Shown here piece after piece: positions 11,025 through 24,635 of a stretch of 64,000 bases of DNA. Positions within the stretch are counted from its first letter, which is position 1; each line of letters opens with the position of its first letter. The translations under genes and the position numbers were made by a program. Source of the DNA: Microthyrium microscopicum (taxonomy: Eukaryota); the NCBI GenBank assembly GCA_010405405.1, contig MU004243.1:615340-679339 (forward strand), read 5' to 3'. Below the pieces are notes generated by a model. That model was not told the origin of the DNA, searched no databases, and was given only the letters and a program-made list of their open reading frames with translations.

Positions 11025-13293
11025 TTATGTGTCCACGGCGGCGCCTTGGCTGTAGCTATTGGGACTGAGAGGCGTCATTGTAATTGACATCGAGGCCAGT
11101 TTTTTAGTTCTGCTGCCAAAGGGGTGCAGATCTGAAGAAAGATGGTTGACATCGAACAAGCGAAAGTCTCCATCAGTTCCTGCTTGAGTGTGGTCTTTAC
11201 ATGTACCAGTGGCAGAAACATCAGCTGGAGCATATGGTGTGGGAAAATGCATGGAAGCTGATGGACCGAAAGGATCTGCGTCTAATGATGGATCATCGGG
11301 ATCGAAGAGTGGGTGGAATCTGTAGTCTTCTTCAGGATCGTAAGTTTCTCGTGCCAGGTCAAAGTCTTGACCGTCAAACGAAAAATCGCCCGACGGAATC
11401 AGCAATCGCTGGGGGTCCACAGTAATCCGTGTGTTGAAATCTTCCGAAGCTGGTTGTTCTAATGCCAAAGAAGAGATTTCAGTCGGTGCACCAGGAAGAA
11501 CCCAAGGTGATCCACGGTACAAGGTATCATACTGAGGACTGTTTAGGGGATTGGCCGAAAGAACTCTAAAGTCCGAATATCTTGGAGATTCTGTCGGTCG
11601 CCAAGTTCGCTGACCGTCCGTCATGAAGAATGGTGAGCCATTATAGGACTGATCCGCGAAAGATGGAATTGTCGCAGGCCTTTCCTTGGAATCATTTGGA
11701 TATTGGACTGGCTTTGTGGTATGAAAGTATCTGGTATCTGTACTTATGGTTTCATTAGGTAGCGGTTGTAATTCTGAACTAGTGTTTGCAAAGAGAGGAT
11801 AATCTTTTGTCGTTGTTGGATTGGCTAAAATTGATTCGTTTAGTCTGTCAACGAACCAGAAAGGCGGATATTTGATAGGACTAATCTTAGAGTCGGACTC
11901 AGATGCTGCCGACAAGGGAGAGGATTTAGGTAGTTTGGAAATCGGCTCGTAAACGCATTTGACGTTCCTTAGTGGGGATGGGTCACTGGAGGAGTCCGGA
12001 AGTCTTCTTTGCTTACGAGGAAACGTTGCCATACGGGAGGTTGTCTCTTCTGATTCATTTGCGGGTATGGAATCATCGCTCAACTCTTCAACTCTCTTTC
12101 TCTTCTTCTTGGATGGAGCAAACCATACGTTGCACTCGGAACTTTTAGAGTCAGTGATCAACTGGTCAATCTGGTTTGAAAGAAGCCTACCACAGTCTAC
12201 CACCACCAGGTGCTTCTGAGCTTATTGTTGATTGACATCTCGGCATAGGACACACTTCATCACTGAGCGTGGTCGCCGGAACGAGTACGGCCATCGTGAC
12301 TCTGGCCCCTGGAATAAACTTCTCAGTAGACACCAAGATGTGGTTGCTGTTTTTGGCGTCGAAGACCTCGTAGTTGCCGACTTTCACTTCTAGCGATCCA
12401 GGCCCAGTGCGAAATCGGTGTTTGATAATGACCTCCAGCAGATCGAACTCGAATTCTGAAGGTAATAAGAACTTGTGACCTAGAGCATCCTCTACCTGCA
12501 CTGGTGGCTGGAAGTAGGACAATCGAGTGTCTGGGCCAGTCAAATTGCTCTTGATCTCGACAAGTATGGAATATGTTTGCTGAGAGGAGACACTACGCAA
12601 TAGATGAGTAATATGATCGTACTAAGAAGAGTTAAAAACTTACCAGACTTTAGCTACCATATCACCCAACGATTTAAGAGACGTTCTGAACTCCCCACTA
12701 ATCGCATCAAACAATCGCCCAAGCATGGTGTTCATGCCTTTAACGAGAGCACCCTGTCCAGCCACAGAATTCCCAACGTTGGCGACAGCAGCATGAGTCT
12801 GCTCGATACTCTCTTGAACATTCTGATGGTTCACCTCCGACTTCCCAGATGCGATATCAATCTTCTCCAAGCCATGTTCGACCAGCAAGATATTGATAGT
12901 GGCAACATGCACATTCAAGTAACTCTGTAATCGTCTCACTTCTTCATGCCAGCCACCGAAACCCCACTTGAGTTTCGCCGCGGCCGTCTTCACTGAGTTG
13001 CCTTTCGACCAGACACCAAGTGAACTCTCGTACTTCCTGATCCTGGTCAAAAACTGTTCTAGCGGCCTCCGACAGCTGAGGGCAGCATATTTGATAGAGT
13101 CCACGTTAGTCGATACCGAATCGGTTGATCTGAGTTCATTCAAATGTTGAAGGGCCTTTTGAAGACATTCGAGTTCGCGGAGTAGATCTTGATATTCTGG
13201 TTTCGCGCCTTTGGAGTCCTTGAGACAAGTCGTCACATCCACGATCAGCTTCCCCACGGCCAGGACATCGCCGACGCTGAAACCAAAGGACAT
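11025..13293 (-). CDS. SesA/HeLo-like (fungal STAND N-terminal) domain + ubiquitin-like domain + C2C2 zinc ribbon protein, 3 exons
   Basis: N-terminus MSFGFSVGDVLAVGKL...EYQDLLREL; ubiquitin-like QPPVQVEDALGHKFLLPSE...HRFRTGPG. Exons 13293-12644, 12592-12191 and 12141-11025 join in frame and give CPMPRC...CSEC. Confidence 0.75.
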
Positions 13294-13812
13294 TGTCTAA
13301 GTTCCTTAAGATTTGAATGTTTATCTGTTTCTTGTTTCAGTGGTAGGTTTGCATCATAAAGGGGAACACAACCTTTGATGAACATTGAAGTTGGAGTATC
13401 AAGATGTCGGTCAGGCTGTGCTTCAGTGCTGCGCCTCCACGAATCTTGGTATTTACGAGGAATGATTGTACCACCTCGTGATTGGACAAGCGGTTAGCAT
13501 TGACGGCCTCGACTTACGACTGAAATTCGAGTATTGAAGCAAAAGTACTTGGAAACAATAAGGGGCAATTTGATAGCTCAATCGCAATCCCATCCCAAAA
13601 CACCAGACAATCAGCCATCGGCCGGCGAGTATGTACATGAACTCCCATAATCTTTGTGCAAAGGCGAGATATTCCTAATAGCCCATCATATCTGATGCCC
13701 GGACAAGAACTATCAACGACATATATGCTCAGATAGCATCATATCCAACGTTCAAAACACTACTATCGCGCTAGCTCAGCGATGTAAGAGCTACTCATTC
13801 ATTAGACACAGT

Positions 13813-16142
13813 TCAAGACTCGCCCAGAGGCATCGCTTCAACCTCATCGGCCAACTGTCTCCAGTTCTCAGCCTGCAACTCCGCGTACTTGACTCGTTCC
13901 GCCGCCCAATCCTGCTGAAGTCTCGAGACCTGATACTGAGAGTTTTGGAAATGCAAGATTTCATCGCGGATACACTCCTTGATGAACACGCCGCGCGCAT
14001 GTTGATCGACAATGCTTTGTTTGTCCTATTGATCCATGTTAGCACCTCCGAATCCAAACCCTCGCATCCACGCTTTGTAAACGTGGGACGTACCTTCAGA
14101 ATGGCATCCTCAACCCTCTCCGCCTCCCCAGGCTTAACAGTTCCCTCCGGCTTATTCCGTATCGCCACCAACTTCTCCTCATTGCCCTTAATCCTCTTCT
14201 GCAACTGCGGAATATTATCGCGATCATATCGCTCCCTGCGATCGAACATATCCCTCACGCTAACCAAGCAATCCCTTTGTCTCTTAAAGTCCTCCAATAC
14301 ACCCTCGTCCCAAGCCCTTGCCTCATCCTCGAGCAGACTTTGGCTAGATCCTAGATGCTTGGATACCGCGTTGATGCCGAGATTTAGACCGACAATATCG
14401 CCTGATGTATCGGCTGCGTAGGTGTCTGCAGATACGGAGGTGAGTGTGGTTAAAGAGGTGGCGATGCGGATTTGCTCGGCGGCCATGCCTTCGTTGCGTT
14501 TGACGAGTCGTTCGAGACAGTTGCAGAGGTTGATGTATTGCTCTGAGGAGCGGCGAACGCCGGTGCGTACACGGTCGAAGAGGGATTGGAGGGTTGGAGG
14601 AAGGGAGTCTTCGAGAGTTGGTGGAAGGGTTTTGCCGACGAACTCTTCCTGAACGGAGATGGAAGCTTGTTTGCGCCAGACGGCCAATTCCTATCATCCA
14701 ATTAGCCATATAAAAAAAGATTAAGCAACATATACGTACGGTTGGAACAGTCAAGAACATAATAACAAGCTGCTCCTGCCCAAGCACAGGATGTCTAACA
14801 AGCGCATTCGCAAATCGCGCCAGTCCACGTCGTCGTTTCTCAACAAAAGTCGAGTCGGCTGCAAGATAATTCCCGTTAACTAAACCGAAACCATCAGTTT
14901 TCCATGTGTGTAAAACCACGCGCAATACTTACTCGCAACTCGCTTTGGTGGTAGCAATGGTAATTGTCGAAATGGGTACCGTTTATGGAGACAGTCTAGC
15001 AGCCAGACAAAATCACTGTATCGTCGAATTACCTTGCTATTGCGTCGCGCACTGGTAACTTGATAGTTGCGGTGTTGGAAAAACATCATGCCCTCTTTCT
15101 CTGATAGTGCCGTCACTGTGATCACTTCGTCTGCTCCGGGTGCTATACGTGGACCAAAAGGCGCTCCTAGACCAGTTGGATCATCGCCCTCGCCGCCAGC
15201 GGGCTCGCCAAAGCCAGCATCCCGATACGGTTCAGACTGACCAGTCTGTCCAAAATTGCCCCAGCCGCCTTCACTGCTTGCTGATGCGCGCGTAGGTGGC
15301 GAGCGTGCAATGGCAGCCGATTCAGGTTGGGAATGTGTCGTAAACGCACTCGTCGTGCGCTGTGGAGGTGCAGTCGATGTAGTCGCAGCTGGAGCGCCAG
15401 AACCATTCGTCTTGGTATGATTATGTCCGCGATGCAAGTCTGGAGCACTCCAAGGATCTGTATCTGGGAAGCCAAACGACTGTTTCCTGCCCGCCTTGGG
15501 CAGCACTGGACTCGGATTATCTCTGTCCGGTTTCGCGTTTTCTGTCGATCGTTCCCGTGCGCCTGATTCCACTGGAGTTTCCGCAGCCTTCGCTTTGGGC
15601 TGTGTATATTTCCCCAAATTCGGCATCGGTAAATCTACCATAATCAGCATTATACTCACACCGATTCCCACACAAATATATAACTTACTATTTCTCCTCT
15701 CATCAACCCCATCAAGCGTAACATCCTCCCCCTCCTGCGCAAGCCCAACCAACGCCAACAACACATTAACCTCTCCCCGTCCCAGCATCTTATCCGCATC
15801 CCCACTCATCACCGTGCCAACAATTCTCTCACTCTCATCATCGCCCAGTCCACTCTCCTGCAAAACCTTCTTCACCGTATCCGATCCAACGCCAGCACCA
15901 GATCCATCTTCAGCGATCAAAGCATCTACAATCTCGACATAACTCTCCGGCACATCAGGCAACAACGTCTTCACCAATTCTCTTCTCGCCGCCTTCTTTG
16001 GCGTGGGCATAGACCATGGAGATTCTGCATCGGCACTTGGTTCATCAGCGAAGAGGCCGGATGATCGGGCGGATGGGGAGGCGTCTGCGAAGAGGGAGGA
16101 GGATTGTTTGGAGGATCGGGGGGTGTCGTCGAATAGAGACAT
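13813..16142 (-). CDS. MVP1: Sorting nexin Mvp1 (PX-BAR), multi-exon
   Basis: MSLF start; PX motif EKEGMMFFQHRNY..VIRRYSDFVWLLDCLHKRYPFRQLPLLPPKR; FVEKRRRGLARF; BAR region DEGVLEDFKRQRD; stop TGA at 13815-13813. Confidence 0.93.
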
Positions 16143-16603
16143 TGTTGTGATTTGACTATATTATCATGCGTAAAAAGGAGAATCGGGAAGGTAATTAGAC
16201 GGGTTTGTTTATTGAAGTTGAGGGAGCTGTAGTGGAGGGGAGTAGTGGTGATGTATGATGATGAGCGTAAAGGCAGGAACGCGTTGGAGTTGGAGGAAGG
16301 ATTCAAGCAAGGCAAGCTGCATCCAAGCTCCTTCAAATGTTGGCCAAAGCTTCTCCAACATGTGCTTTTTTTGATATCGATATCGAGATAAGTCAACAAC
16401 GACAGCAATCACATATAATATGCTAAAGGAAAGCTTTTGAACACAAGTAAGATATTCACATAGCTTTAACTATCAATGTTATAAGTCCTCGGCCCAATGC
16501 GGCCTGAGAAGGGTATTCCATCCATCAAAAGATCCCAAACGCCCTGCAATGCACAGTATGCTATAACCTTTCCTATATCTTCAAATCATGACATGTCCGC
16601 AAA

Positions 16604-18938
16604 TCACCTTGCATGCGACGCAGTCTCGTCGTGGTCTTCAATCGTAATAGTAAACGCTCTGGGCCTCCCATCTGCATCTCTATGCACCTGATCTCTACGG
16701 GCCGGACGTTCCCCTTCTCTTGAGCCGGGCGCCTCCACAGTGTCAGACCTAGTTGGACTCATTGCCTCGCCCACAGAGCTGGTCCCGCCTAGCAACCTTG
16801 CTTGTGAACTCGGACTCAGTTGATCGCCCACGGTAAGACCTGGCGTATAATCTGGTGTGTAACCTGGCATGTCGGGCGACCACGGTCTTGAATGAGGTTC
16901 TGTGTTGGGTATTCTTGTGCCGTTTGGTCCAATCCTGCGTGATTGCGCAGGAATGATAGTCACCGGTAACTCATCTTCGCGCGTCTGGCGTTTTGTGCGT
17001 TCAAGGAAGCGTTCGCCTTTTTCCGCAGCGAATGCGCCGAGGCGGCCTTTGATGTCCCAGGTGGCGTAGGAATGGGCGGGATGGCGCTCAGTGGGTGGAG
17101 GCGAGTTGATGGAAACCGGATCGATCACATGTCCTTGACGGACTTCAGCGGGTGGGAGGACTTTTCGCCGCTTGAAGGGATTTGTCCACTTGCTTCTGGA
17201 CAGGTCTGCAGGTGGATCTGTGGGAGGAGGAGATGATGATGTGGTTGGTGTGTCGGTGGGTGCGGAGTCGGAATTAAATTCGATTTCTTTTTCATTCATG
17301 TCTTGGGTGGAAATGTCTTGTGCGGTGATGGCAGGGGGTCGAACGGTAGATGGTCGTTGTGCCTGAGCCAGGGCGCGAGAGACGGGGGGTGTAGCCAGGT
17401 TTATGGTATTGTAGCGGACTGTGTAGACTGTACTGGCACTTGCCGTGTCTGCTCTATTGATTGGTGAAGCAACCTGGGGAGGAGGTGTAGGAACAGCAAG
17501 GAAAGTGGTAGAGTGATTGGCACGGCCGGTGGCCATTGAAGTCGACTCGCCGAGAGTGCCAGATGTTTCGGATCTTTGGGGAGTTCCAAGCTGGCACACA
17601 TTTGTGTGAAATAATATGCGTGATGACCGATTGGCACCATTTTGAGAATCCATTCCAGATGTGTATGATGCTCCTTCGTTGTCTCTTTGGCCAGCCCATA
17701 ATCGTCTTCTGCGACGTCGTTGTTCCAAGAAGTGTTCTTCATCGTCATCTCCATCTCCATCAAACACTTCTCTTCCTAGAATGCCGTCTTTCTTCTCTTC
17801 CCTTTCTAGTGCTTCAATTCTTTCCACCCATTCCCATACAATCACAGAAGCTGCGGCAGCTCCAACCCATCGGAAATAATCTCCCCATCCAGCAACACTG
17901 GCATTGGCAATATCGGTGATGAAGAAGACGACTGGCGTGGCAATAGCGATTAATGATAGAAATGCGACGATGGAGACATTCCACATGTTGCTGTGATAGA
18001 ATGCATATCGACGTTTGCAGATGGCGTAGTATAGAACCCAGCAGGCATAAAGCATGCTCAGAGCCAATTGGAATAGATAACTGAGAGCTGGTATTGCGTC
18101 CCGGAAGCGTTGTGTTCGCCCAGTCGGGGCAACGGTAAAACTGTTCAAGCAGCTGAAAGTCGTATCCAATACTATGAGGGCGAATCCAATCCATTTGATA
18201 AGAACTTTTTCTTTATGTCGAGGAAATAGTCGAATAAGAGTTTGTACCTGTGCAAGCCAGAGAAATATATCAGAAATTAACCGAGAGACTTTTATCGATG
18301 TGCTGTTGACGACTTCGACTCGCAGCGCGTCTGCGTTCATGAATCCTCCATTAAGATATTGGCGTTCGGCAACATCAAACGTATCAGCAGTAGCAATAGT
18401 GAGCGATACAGCAACCGTGAGTGCTGCAGCTTTTTGTAGCCAGGGTCGCGATCCAACGCCAATGACTGATGCTCCACCCTGCGATCCGCTAATCATTCCT
18501 CGCCGACCTAACAGTCCCACTCCTCCACCTACGCCTCCAACAAAAAATGTCCGAGGCGTTATGAGCAGCATAACGACGAGCATCCATGATAAAACGGTGG
18601 CTGCGCCTGTGGCATAGACTTGAGGCGTCACAGACGCACTGAACGCGGCCTTGATATCATTGATACTCGACGTTCCGGCTGAGCTGCCGAAGGGCTTCGT
18701 TGCCGCACATTCAGGAGTGAAGACGGCATTTGCGGTTAATGTTATCGTGGAATTGGGACCAAGGGCGAGTTGACCGTGAGATGCGAGAGTAAAGGGCGTA
18801 CAATGCTAAAGGCGCGTTAGTAAGTAGAGATCTTGCCGGCTGAGCGGATTTACATACAGTGCCACTAGATGAGGTTGAGGAAGTTGGGATATGCGTGACT
18901 AGGCGCTGGGTCGTGGGAGTAGATACGGGCGATACCAT
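16604..18938 (-). CDS. palH: Ambient pH sensor PalH/Rim21 (7-TM), ~760 aa
   Basis: Motifs TPQVYATG, RPWLQK, WLAQVQTLIRLFPRHKEK, GWGDYFRWVGAAAASVIVWEWVERIEALER. Exon 1 18938-18858, intron GTATGT...CTAAC...TAG, exon 2 18805-16604 in frame (HCTPFTL). Confidence 0.93.
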
Positions 18939-20432
18939 CACGACAGCGGCGCCTCGAGGCAGGCCGAAAGCATGCGATAGAGGCGGATTAAGTGATGATA
19001 GGGGTTGTCTTTGCCCGAAGGACCACCATGGTATCGCAATGGGTTGTGGTGAGGCAGTAGGGGTCGACCGGAGATTTCAGCGAGCGCTACCTGCGCAACA
19101 ATAGACAGAGGCAGGTGTATGGGTGGAAGTCGGGAAGTCGAGTATGGATGATGGGACAGATGTGTGTCGCCAAGAGAATCTTGACTTGTCTGGGCTCGCA
19201 GTAGTGGGTTTTGGAATTAGTTAGAGTGCCAGAGTCTGAAGAGTGAGTAGTGAGATGGAGGAGTAATGAGTGGGCGACTAGCGTGATCGAGTTGCCGACT
19301 CCGAATGGTCAGGGATGCGATGTTGGTCAAGATGACAAAAGGGAAGGGAAAGGGTTGTGCAAGAGTGGAGACCACCATCAACCGACAACTTTCAGCCCCT
19401 ACTCCATACTCTTCAGAATACTGTACCAAATTGATAAGAACCAGCTGCTAAATGCCCCAAATAAACACCAATTGGGATAAAAGAGCGAGAGAAAACGAGT
19501 GGTTGGGGGCCAGCCGCACTACCGAATACGAATGCCGAACTCTGAACCTATTTCCTTTGACTTTGGCGCTATCATATATTCATACAACATCATAACATCC
19601 TCCTGCAATTATTCCTTTGTCCTATTATCATTTGCCAAATAGTGTATGGTGTTGATCAAATCTAGGAATTCATTGCCATTGTTGGTTCTTTTTCGCGCAC
19701 AGTGCAGGTTGTTTTTGAACAAGATTGACCAATCAAGAAGTCCCCCCTGACTCTGAGACGAAACTGCGACATTCTACAGCAGAGGACTGATACAACGCTG
19801 TTTTTTTCTGCGTGATTGGCCTGGGAATCTGAACTGCTTAGCACGCTGAAATGCTCATCTCCGGTCCAGTTGGTCGATCTGTGCTATCAATTAGGTTGAT
19901 CCAGACGAGCACACGAGCACGAGCTGTCAGTTCATCGCGTGCCATCAAGGTTGCTAGCCAATTCAATCTGCCCAGACTTTTCATTTCTTAATTACTGCTA
20001 AGCCCTTTGCGAGTAGTTCCCGACAAGCAATGGCATGCATGTCTCAACAGCCTTTCCATCAAGGTTGAACGAAGCCAAAACCCAGTAGCAAACCACCGTG
20101 CCTCCATCACCATCATCGATTCAACAACCTTAAGCTATAAAGTACTATGGAAGATCTAGACCACCAATACAATACAATATATAGCTACCCTTATCTCGGT
20201 TGATGGTAAACCCCATGCTCTGCATTCTCCATGTATACCCTAGCGAGCCTAATATACACCAAACCAACCACTCGAGCCTCCACGAACCCACCATAGGGCC
20301 ATATGGTTCATACCACGTTGCAAATCTCGACAAAACTATCATGCCAATAAACCATCCCACCACCAAGCTCCATGTATGCTTGCAACTTGATCGCTGAGTA
20401 ATACAACTTCTCGTCTTAAGCTTTACCACACA

Positions 20433-21808
20433 ATGCGTTCCTTACTGTCCACCTTCCTAGCGATCTCTTCCATATCATATCTCACTGCAGCTCAGCCGTC
20501 CCAAGCATGTACGGGCGAAGGCGTCAAGGCGGTAGAATGGGCAGTAAAACCGGGCGAAGTCAAAGTCTTCCGCGTAAATGACCGCGTAGTCCGCGTAACG
20601 GTGCCGGAAGCTTATACACAGTCTAAGCCAGCGCCGATGATAATAGCGTTCCATGATCGAGAGCAGCCGCCTGAACATTTGGAGTATGAGACGGCGTTTG
20701 GGGATGAGAAGGTTAATCCCAGTGCGATTATGGTGTATCCTACTGCTGAGAACGTAAGGGAGAACCACCCATTTCGTGAAAGAGTTGGGGTGTGCGATGC
20801 TGATGGTGACTATAGGATCGATGGCTGTCGGATTTCGGAAAACTACAGAAACTAGGGACGCAAAGCGAAAACTATACTGCAGACATCGATTTCATCCGCT
20901 ACCTCGTCCGTGACCTCGACAGCATGATTTGTATCGACACATCGCGCATATACGCCGCTGGCCTCGGGACGGGTGGAGGTATGATGCACCTTCTTGCGTG
21001 CGACAAAGAGCTCTCTACCAAGTTCGCCGCATTCGCTGCTGTTGGTGGTGGCTTCGGTCGCGCCAAAGCGGGCGTTGCTCCCTGGGGTGTATGTTCGACT
21101 GAGAGGACCAACACACCTATTATGGAAATACACGGCAAAGACGATCGCATATTCGGATATTATCTGACGGAAGGCGAAAACGGGAAGATACGTACAATTC
21201 CGCAGCATTGGATCGAGGATTGGGCGGAACGGAATGGCTGTGGTGAGAAGGATGGAGATGCGGTGCAGAGTACGAGTGATCCCAGGACGTGGATTACGAA
21301 GTTGGATAATGGGGTTATGACGGAAACAGTTCAATATGGAGGTTCAGCGATACGCGTGGCGAGAAGGTGCTTCGGTGCTGACGGGGAAGATAAGACTGTC
21401 GCAGATGCTGCGTTGGGTGATGCGAAGAGTGATGTGTTACATTATCAGATTGCACATTATGGGCATGGGTGGCCAAGATTGCAGTTGAAGAAAGCAAAGA
21501 GTATTATTTTCCATGATACGGAGATTGAGCTGGAGGAAGGAACTCAGTTCTTTGATACGAGCAAGGTTATGATTGACTTCTTTATGGCGCATAAGTTGCC
21601 AAAGGAGTATTTGGTGTCTGCATCTGGGCCAACAGATGAGGAATTGGAAAAACAGATGCGGGCTATGCTGAAGCAGAAAGCTGGCGGCATCGAAATCAGT
21701 GATGCGGAGATCAAGGAGCGGGTTCAGGAGTTGAAGAAGGCAATGGGAGATATGAAGAACAAGCCGGCTGGGGAAGTTGTTGACGAGGATGAGAAGGACG
21801 AGTTATAG
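20433..21808 (+). CDS. CE1/PHB-depolymerase-like esterase homologue with signal peptide and C-terminal KDEL; nucleophile Ser absent
   Basis: PAPMIIAFH, IMVYP, DIDFI, CIDTSRIYAAGLGTGGG, FAAFAAVGG, PIMEIHGKDD, WAERNGC, GHGWP. Intron 20754-20815 joins the two ORFs in frame (437 aa). Ends EKDEL*. Confidence 0.85.
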
Positions 21809-21988
21809 ATTTGTGTCTATCGCAGACAACAATGTTCCATAAAGCAGAATGTAAACATGAAAACAGCATATATTCAGAGCAGAAAACATATCTCTTAGAG
21901 AATGAACAACATCGAGACTTTCTACATTGCAGCCATTGTTCTTCTCTTGTCCTCCCTTTCGACGATCCATACTCTATATCTTCCATCG

Positions 21989-22488
21989 TTAAACACAGCT
22001 CAACGTCCATAATCCAAACGCAGCATAAACAGCAGCTCCTCCTCCACCCAACAACGCCGCTCGTCCTCCCATTCCACCCGTCATCACTAGAATTCCAGAT
22101 ATAACAACATCCAGGCCATCAGCAGCTACATTTGCCTAGATTGCGTTAGCATAAGCTCGAAACCAAGGTGTCAATTTACCCATAGCACCCTCTTCAATTC
22201 CCTCCTCTCCACTTCCGTCCTTTCCACGCCCACCTTGGGACGCGTGAACCAAGTAAGTTCGCCCAAAACCAAATCTTTCCCACCGAACAAGCGTATGAAT
22301 GCGGAGGTCGGTGGACTCATTGGCACGGCGAGGACTTTGCCTACCGCGCCAGGTGCGAGCATCAGGGTGAGGCCGAAGGCCACTCGAGCGTTTGAAAGGG
22401 CGGTGACGAGATTGGCTGCTAAGGGTGTTGATTGGTGGGTTGGAGAAGCATTTGGGCGGAGAAGAGGGGATTTTGGTGTGGGCTCCAT
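21989..22488 (-). CDS. Small multi-pass membrane protein (DUF4267-like), 2 exons
   Basis: RVAFGLTLMLAP, RLFGGKDLVLG; after the intron ANVAADGLDVV...GGGGAAVYAAFGLW; stop TAA 21991-21989. Confidence 0.65.
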
Positions 22489-23333
22489 GGTGGCGAGATT
22501 TTGGGTTGAGTTATTTGGTTATTGTTTGCTGTTTAAGTTGCTTGGAAATTGAATGATGAGCTTGTTGTTGGGGAAAATTTATAGCCTGGCGACAGAAAGA
22601 GCTTTATAGGTTAGATGTGGATGTTCTCTGTACCACATGGATGTCGTTTAGCATAATCTTACTGAGTGGTTGATATGGAATGTCATTTGTGGTAGCCGTT
22701 ATGGTAAGGCTGGCTTGCAAGGCTGAACGAAAAGACAGTATCGGGATGCGACTGTGGATAATGACATATCGAAGTTTAGTCACGTTTGGACTAATAGGGC
22801 TTCTATGAATTGGTCTTCCCTTGATTCTACATACAAAATCCAAGAGCGTGTAGACATTAACGCTCGTTAAGAAGTTCATAACGACCTGTAGCATTATGTT
22901 ATAGATGTAACCAATCAGAAGCCGTTTTCAAAGCTGTTGTCCCGTTTGCTCCTAGCCACACCTTCCTTTTTAGCCACACATAACGTTATGCTCTCGTGCG
23001 CTTTCCCAATTTAGGAAGGGCTTTCCGATTGTTCGATCTTGTCCTAACAACTTTCCCCCGACTCCCTTCACTTCTCGCTCTTGTTACACTTTTTCAACGA
23101 ACCGTATAGATTGTTTTCTTCTTGACAGGGCTCGCTGATTAATTGACGACTAGGCAGCAGTCAGGCACATGATCTGATCTCCAAGAAACGGTCCTATCTC
23201 TTCCATTGAGTCATCTTGATATGAGAAGTGAGATTCGCCTAAAGCACTTTGTGTAGCGTTTTACGGCTATAATACAACTGTTGGCTCAAATCATTGATTT
23301 GTTCGAGTGTACAAACTTCCCAATACTTCAAGC

Positions 23334-24460
23334 ATGCCACCACCTTCAACTTCAAAACCGGGATCTGACCCAGTGCCAGACCCAGGTGATCCTGAGAGAA
23401 AGAGAGTCTTGAATGTTCTGTATGTAATCCCTGATTTGCATAGCCAAGCACCTTACTAACCGTAAAATAGGGCTCAAAGACGATATCGTAAGAGTCGCGT
23501 GTTATGTATGAGATGTCATGCCGTTGCTAATATAAGAAACCAGGAAGGAGAAAACGAGAACGTATTGCGGCACTAGAGGCTCAAATACGTGGCAGTGATA
23601 CTAGCAGCAAAGACACTAGCCAAGATGGCAACTCTCCCGCTTTACCGTCGCCTCCGACATCCGAGGAAAACAACGTTATGCCGCACAGCACACTATACGG
23701 AGTAGATGATTTCGGCAATGCATGGGCAATTGCAGACCCGGCTCCTATAGAGACACTGAGGTATCACCACATAGGATATGACCAACCACTTCTAGAAGAG
23801 GATGGTCTATGTTTAGATTTGGATGACGGTACCTTGGGACATGTAGAACAAATCATGCATATCCCAGATACCCATTCGAGCCTGGTATCACGGGATATCT
23901 TCCAGTTCAATTCTACATCCCCATTCACTACACCTTTTCCCACCACCCCATCCGCCTTCATGGACGACTTCACACTCGAAATTCCAGCTCTCAAACTCAT
24001 GGCCGCTAGTTCCACCATCGCCACAATGCTCAATTGTCTAGACAGCATGTTCGATCCAGCCGCCTCACGCACCCTCGCTTGTCTCTCAGACCCTACCATT
24101 CCCCACTGGTTTGCTCCAACAAAAGCACAGCAACAGATTCCACATCACCCAATCTTCGATGTTATGCCTTGGCCATCGGTGCGGCACAAGATGATCGTGG
24201 CATTTGCCTCGCCGATGCATGCCCGTCCCCCAGTTACGCGAGATCCAATGGCGCTGATGACATTGATGGCTGACATGGACGACGATGCGGAAGGAGTACG
24301 AGTGCAAGGTGATGATGGTCTAGACGGAAAGAACTGGGAGATAGGCCAGGCCATGTTCTCTAATTGGTGGTGGGCGTTTGATAAGGAGATTGTTGCTCAG
24401 AGTAACAAGTGGAGGGAGAGACGGGGTGCTCCGCGATTGCAGCTTTTGCCTGCCTCTTGA
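23334..24460 (+). CDS. bZIP-like basic region + DUF3425 putative transcription factor, 3 exons
   Basis: Exons 23334-23419, 23471-23487 (17 nt) and 23544-24460 splice to ERKRVLNVLAQRRYRRRKRERIAALE; C-terminal PTKAQQQIPHHPIFDVMPWPSVR, NWEIG, SNKWRERRGAPRL. Confidence 0.85.
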
Positions 24461-24635
24461 CGTGTAGTTCCACTTGTTTTATCTCCCCTTAGCCAGCAGC
24501 GATTTCTTATTTGCTATTAGGTACATGATGATCAAGCACATTATACCAATGACTTGAAATGTTTCATCCTCAAGACGAACTAGTTCGAGCGACTTCCTGC
24601 CTAGAACCTCGAATATTATCAACTCATGCAAAATA

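Noticed and set aside
19169..19174. Single GCCAAG (PacC consensus) upstream of palH
   Set aside because: One hexamer is expected by chance; not enough to claim feedback regulation
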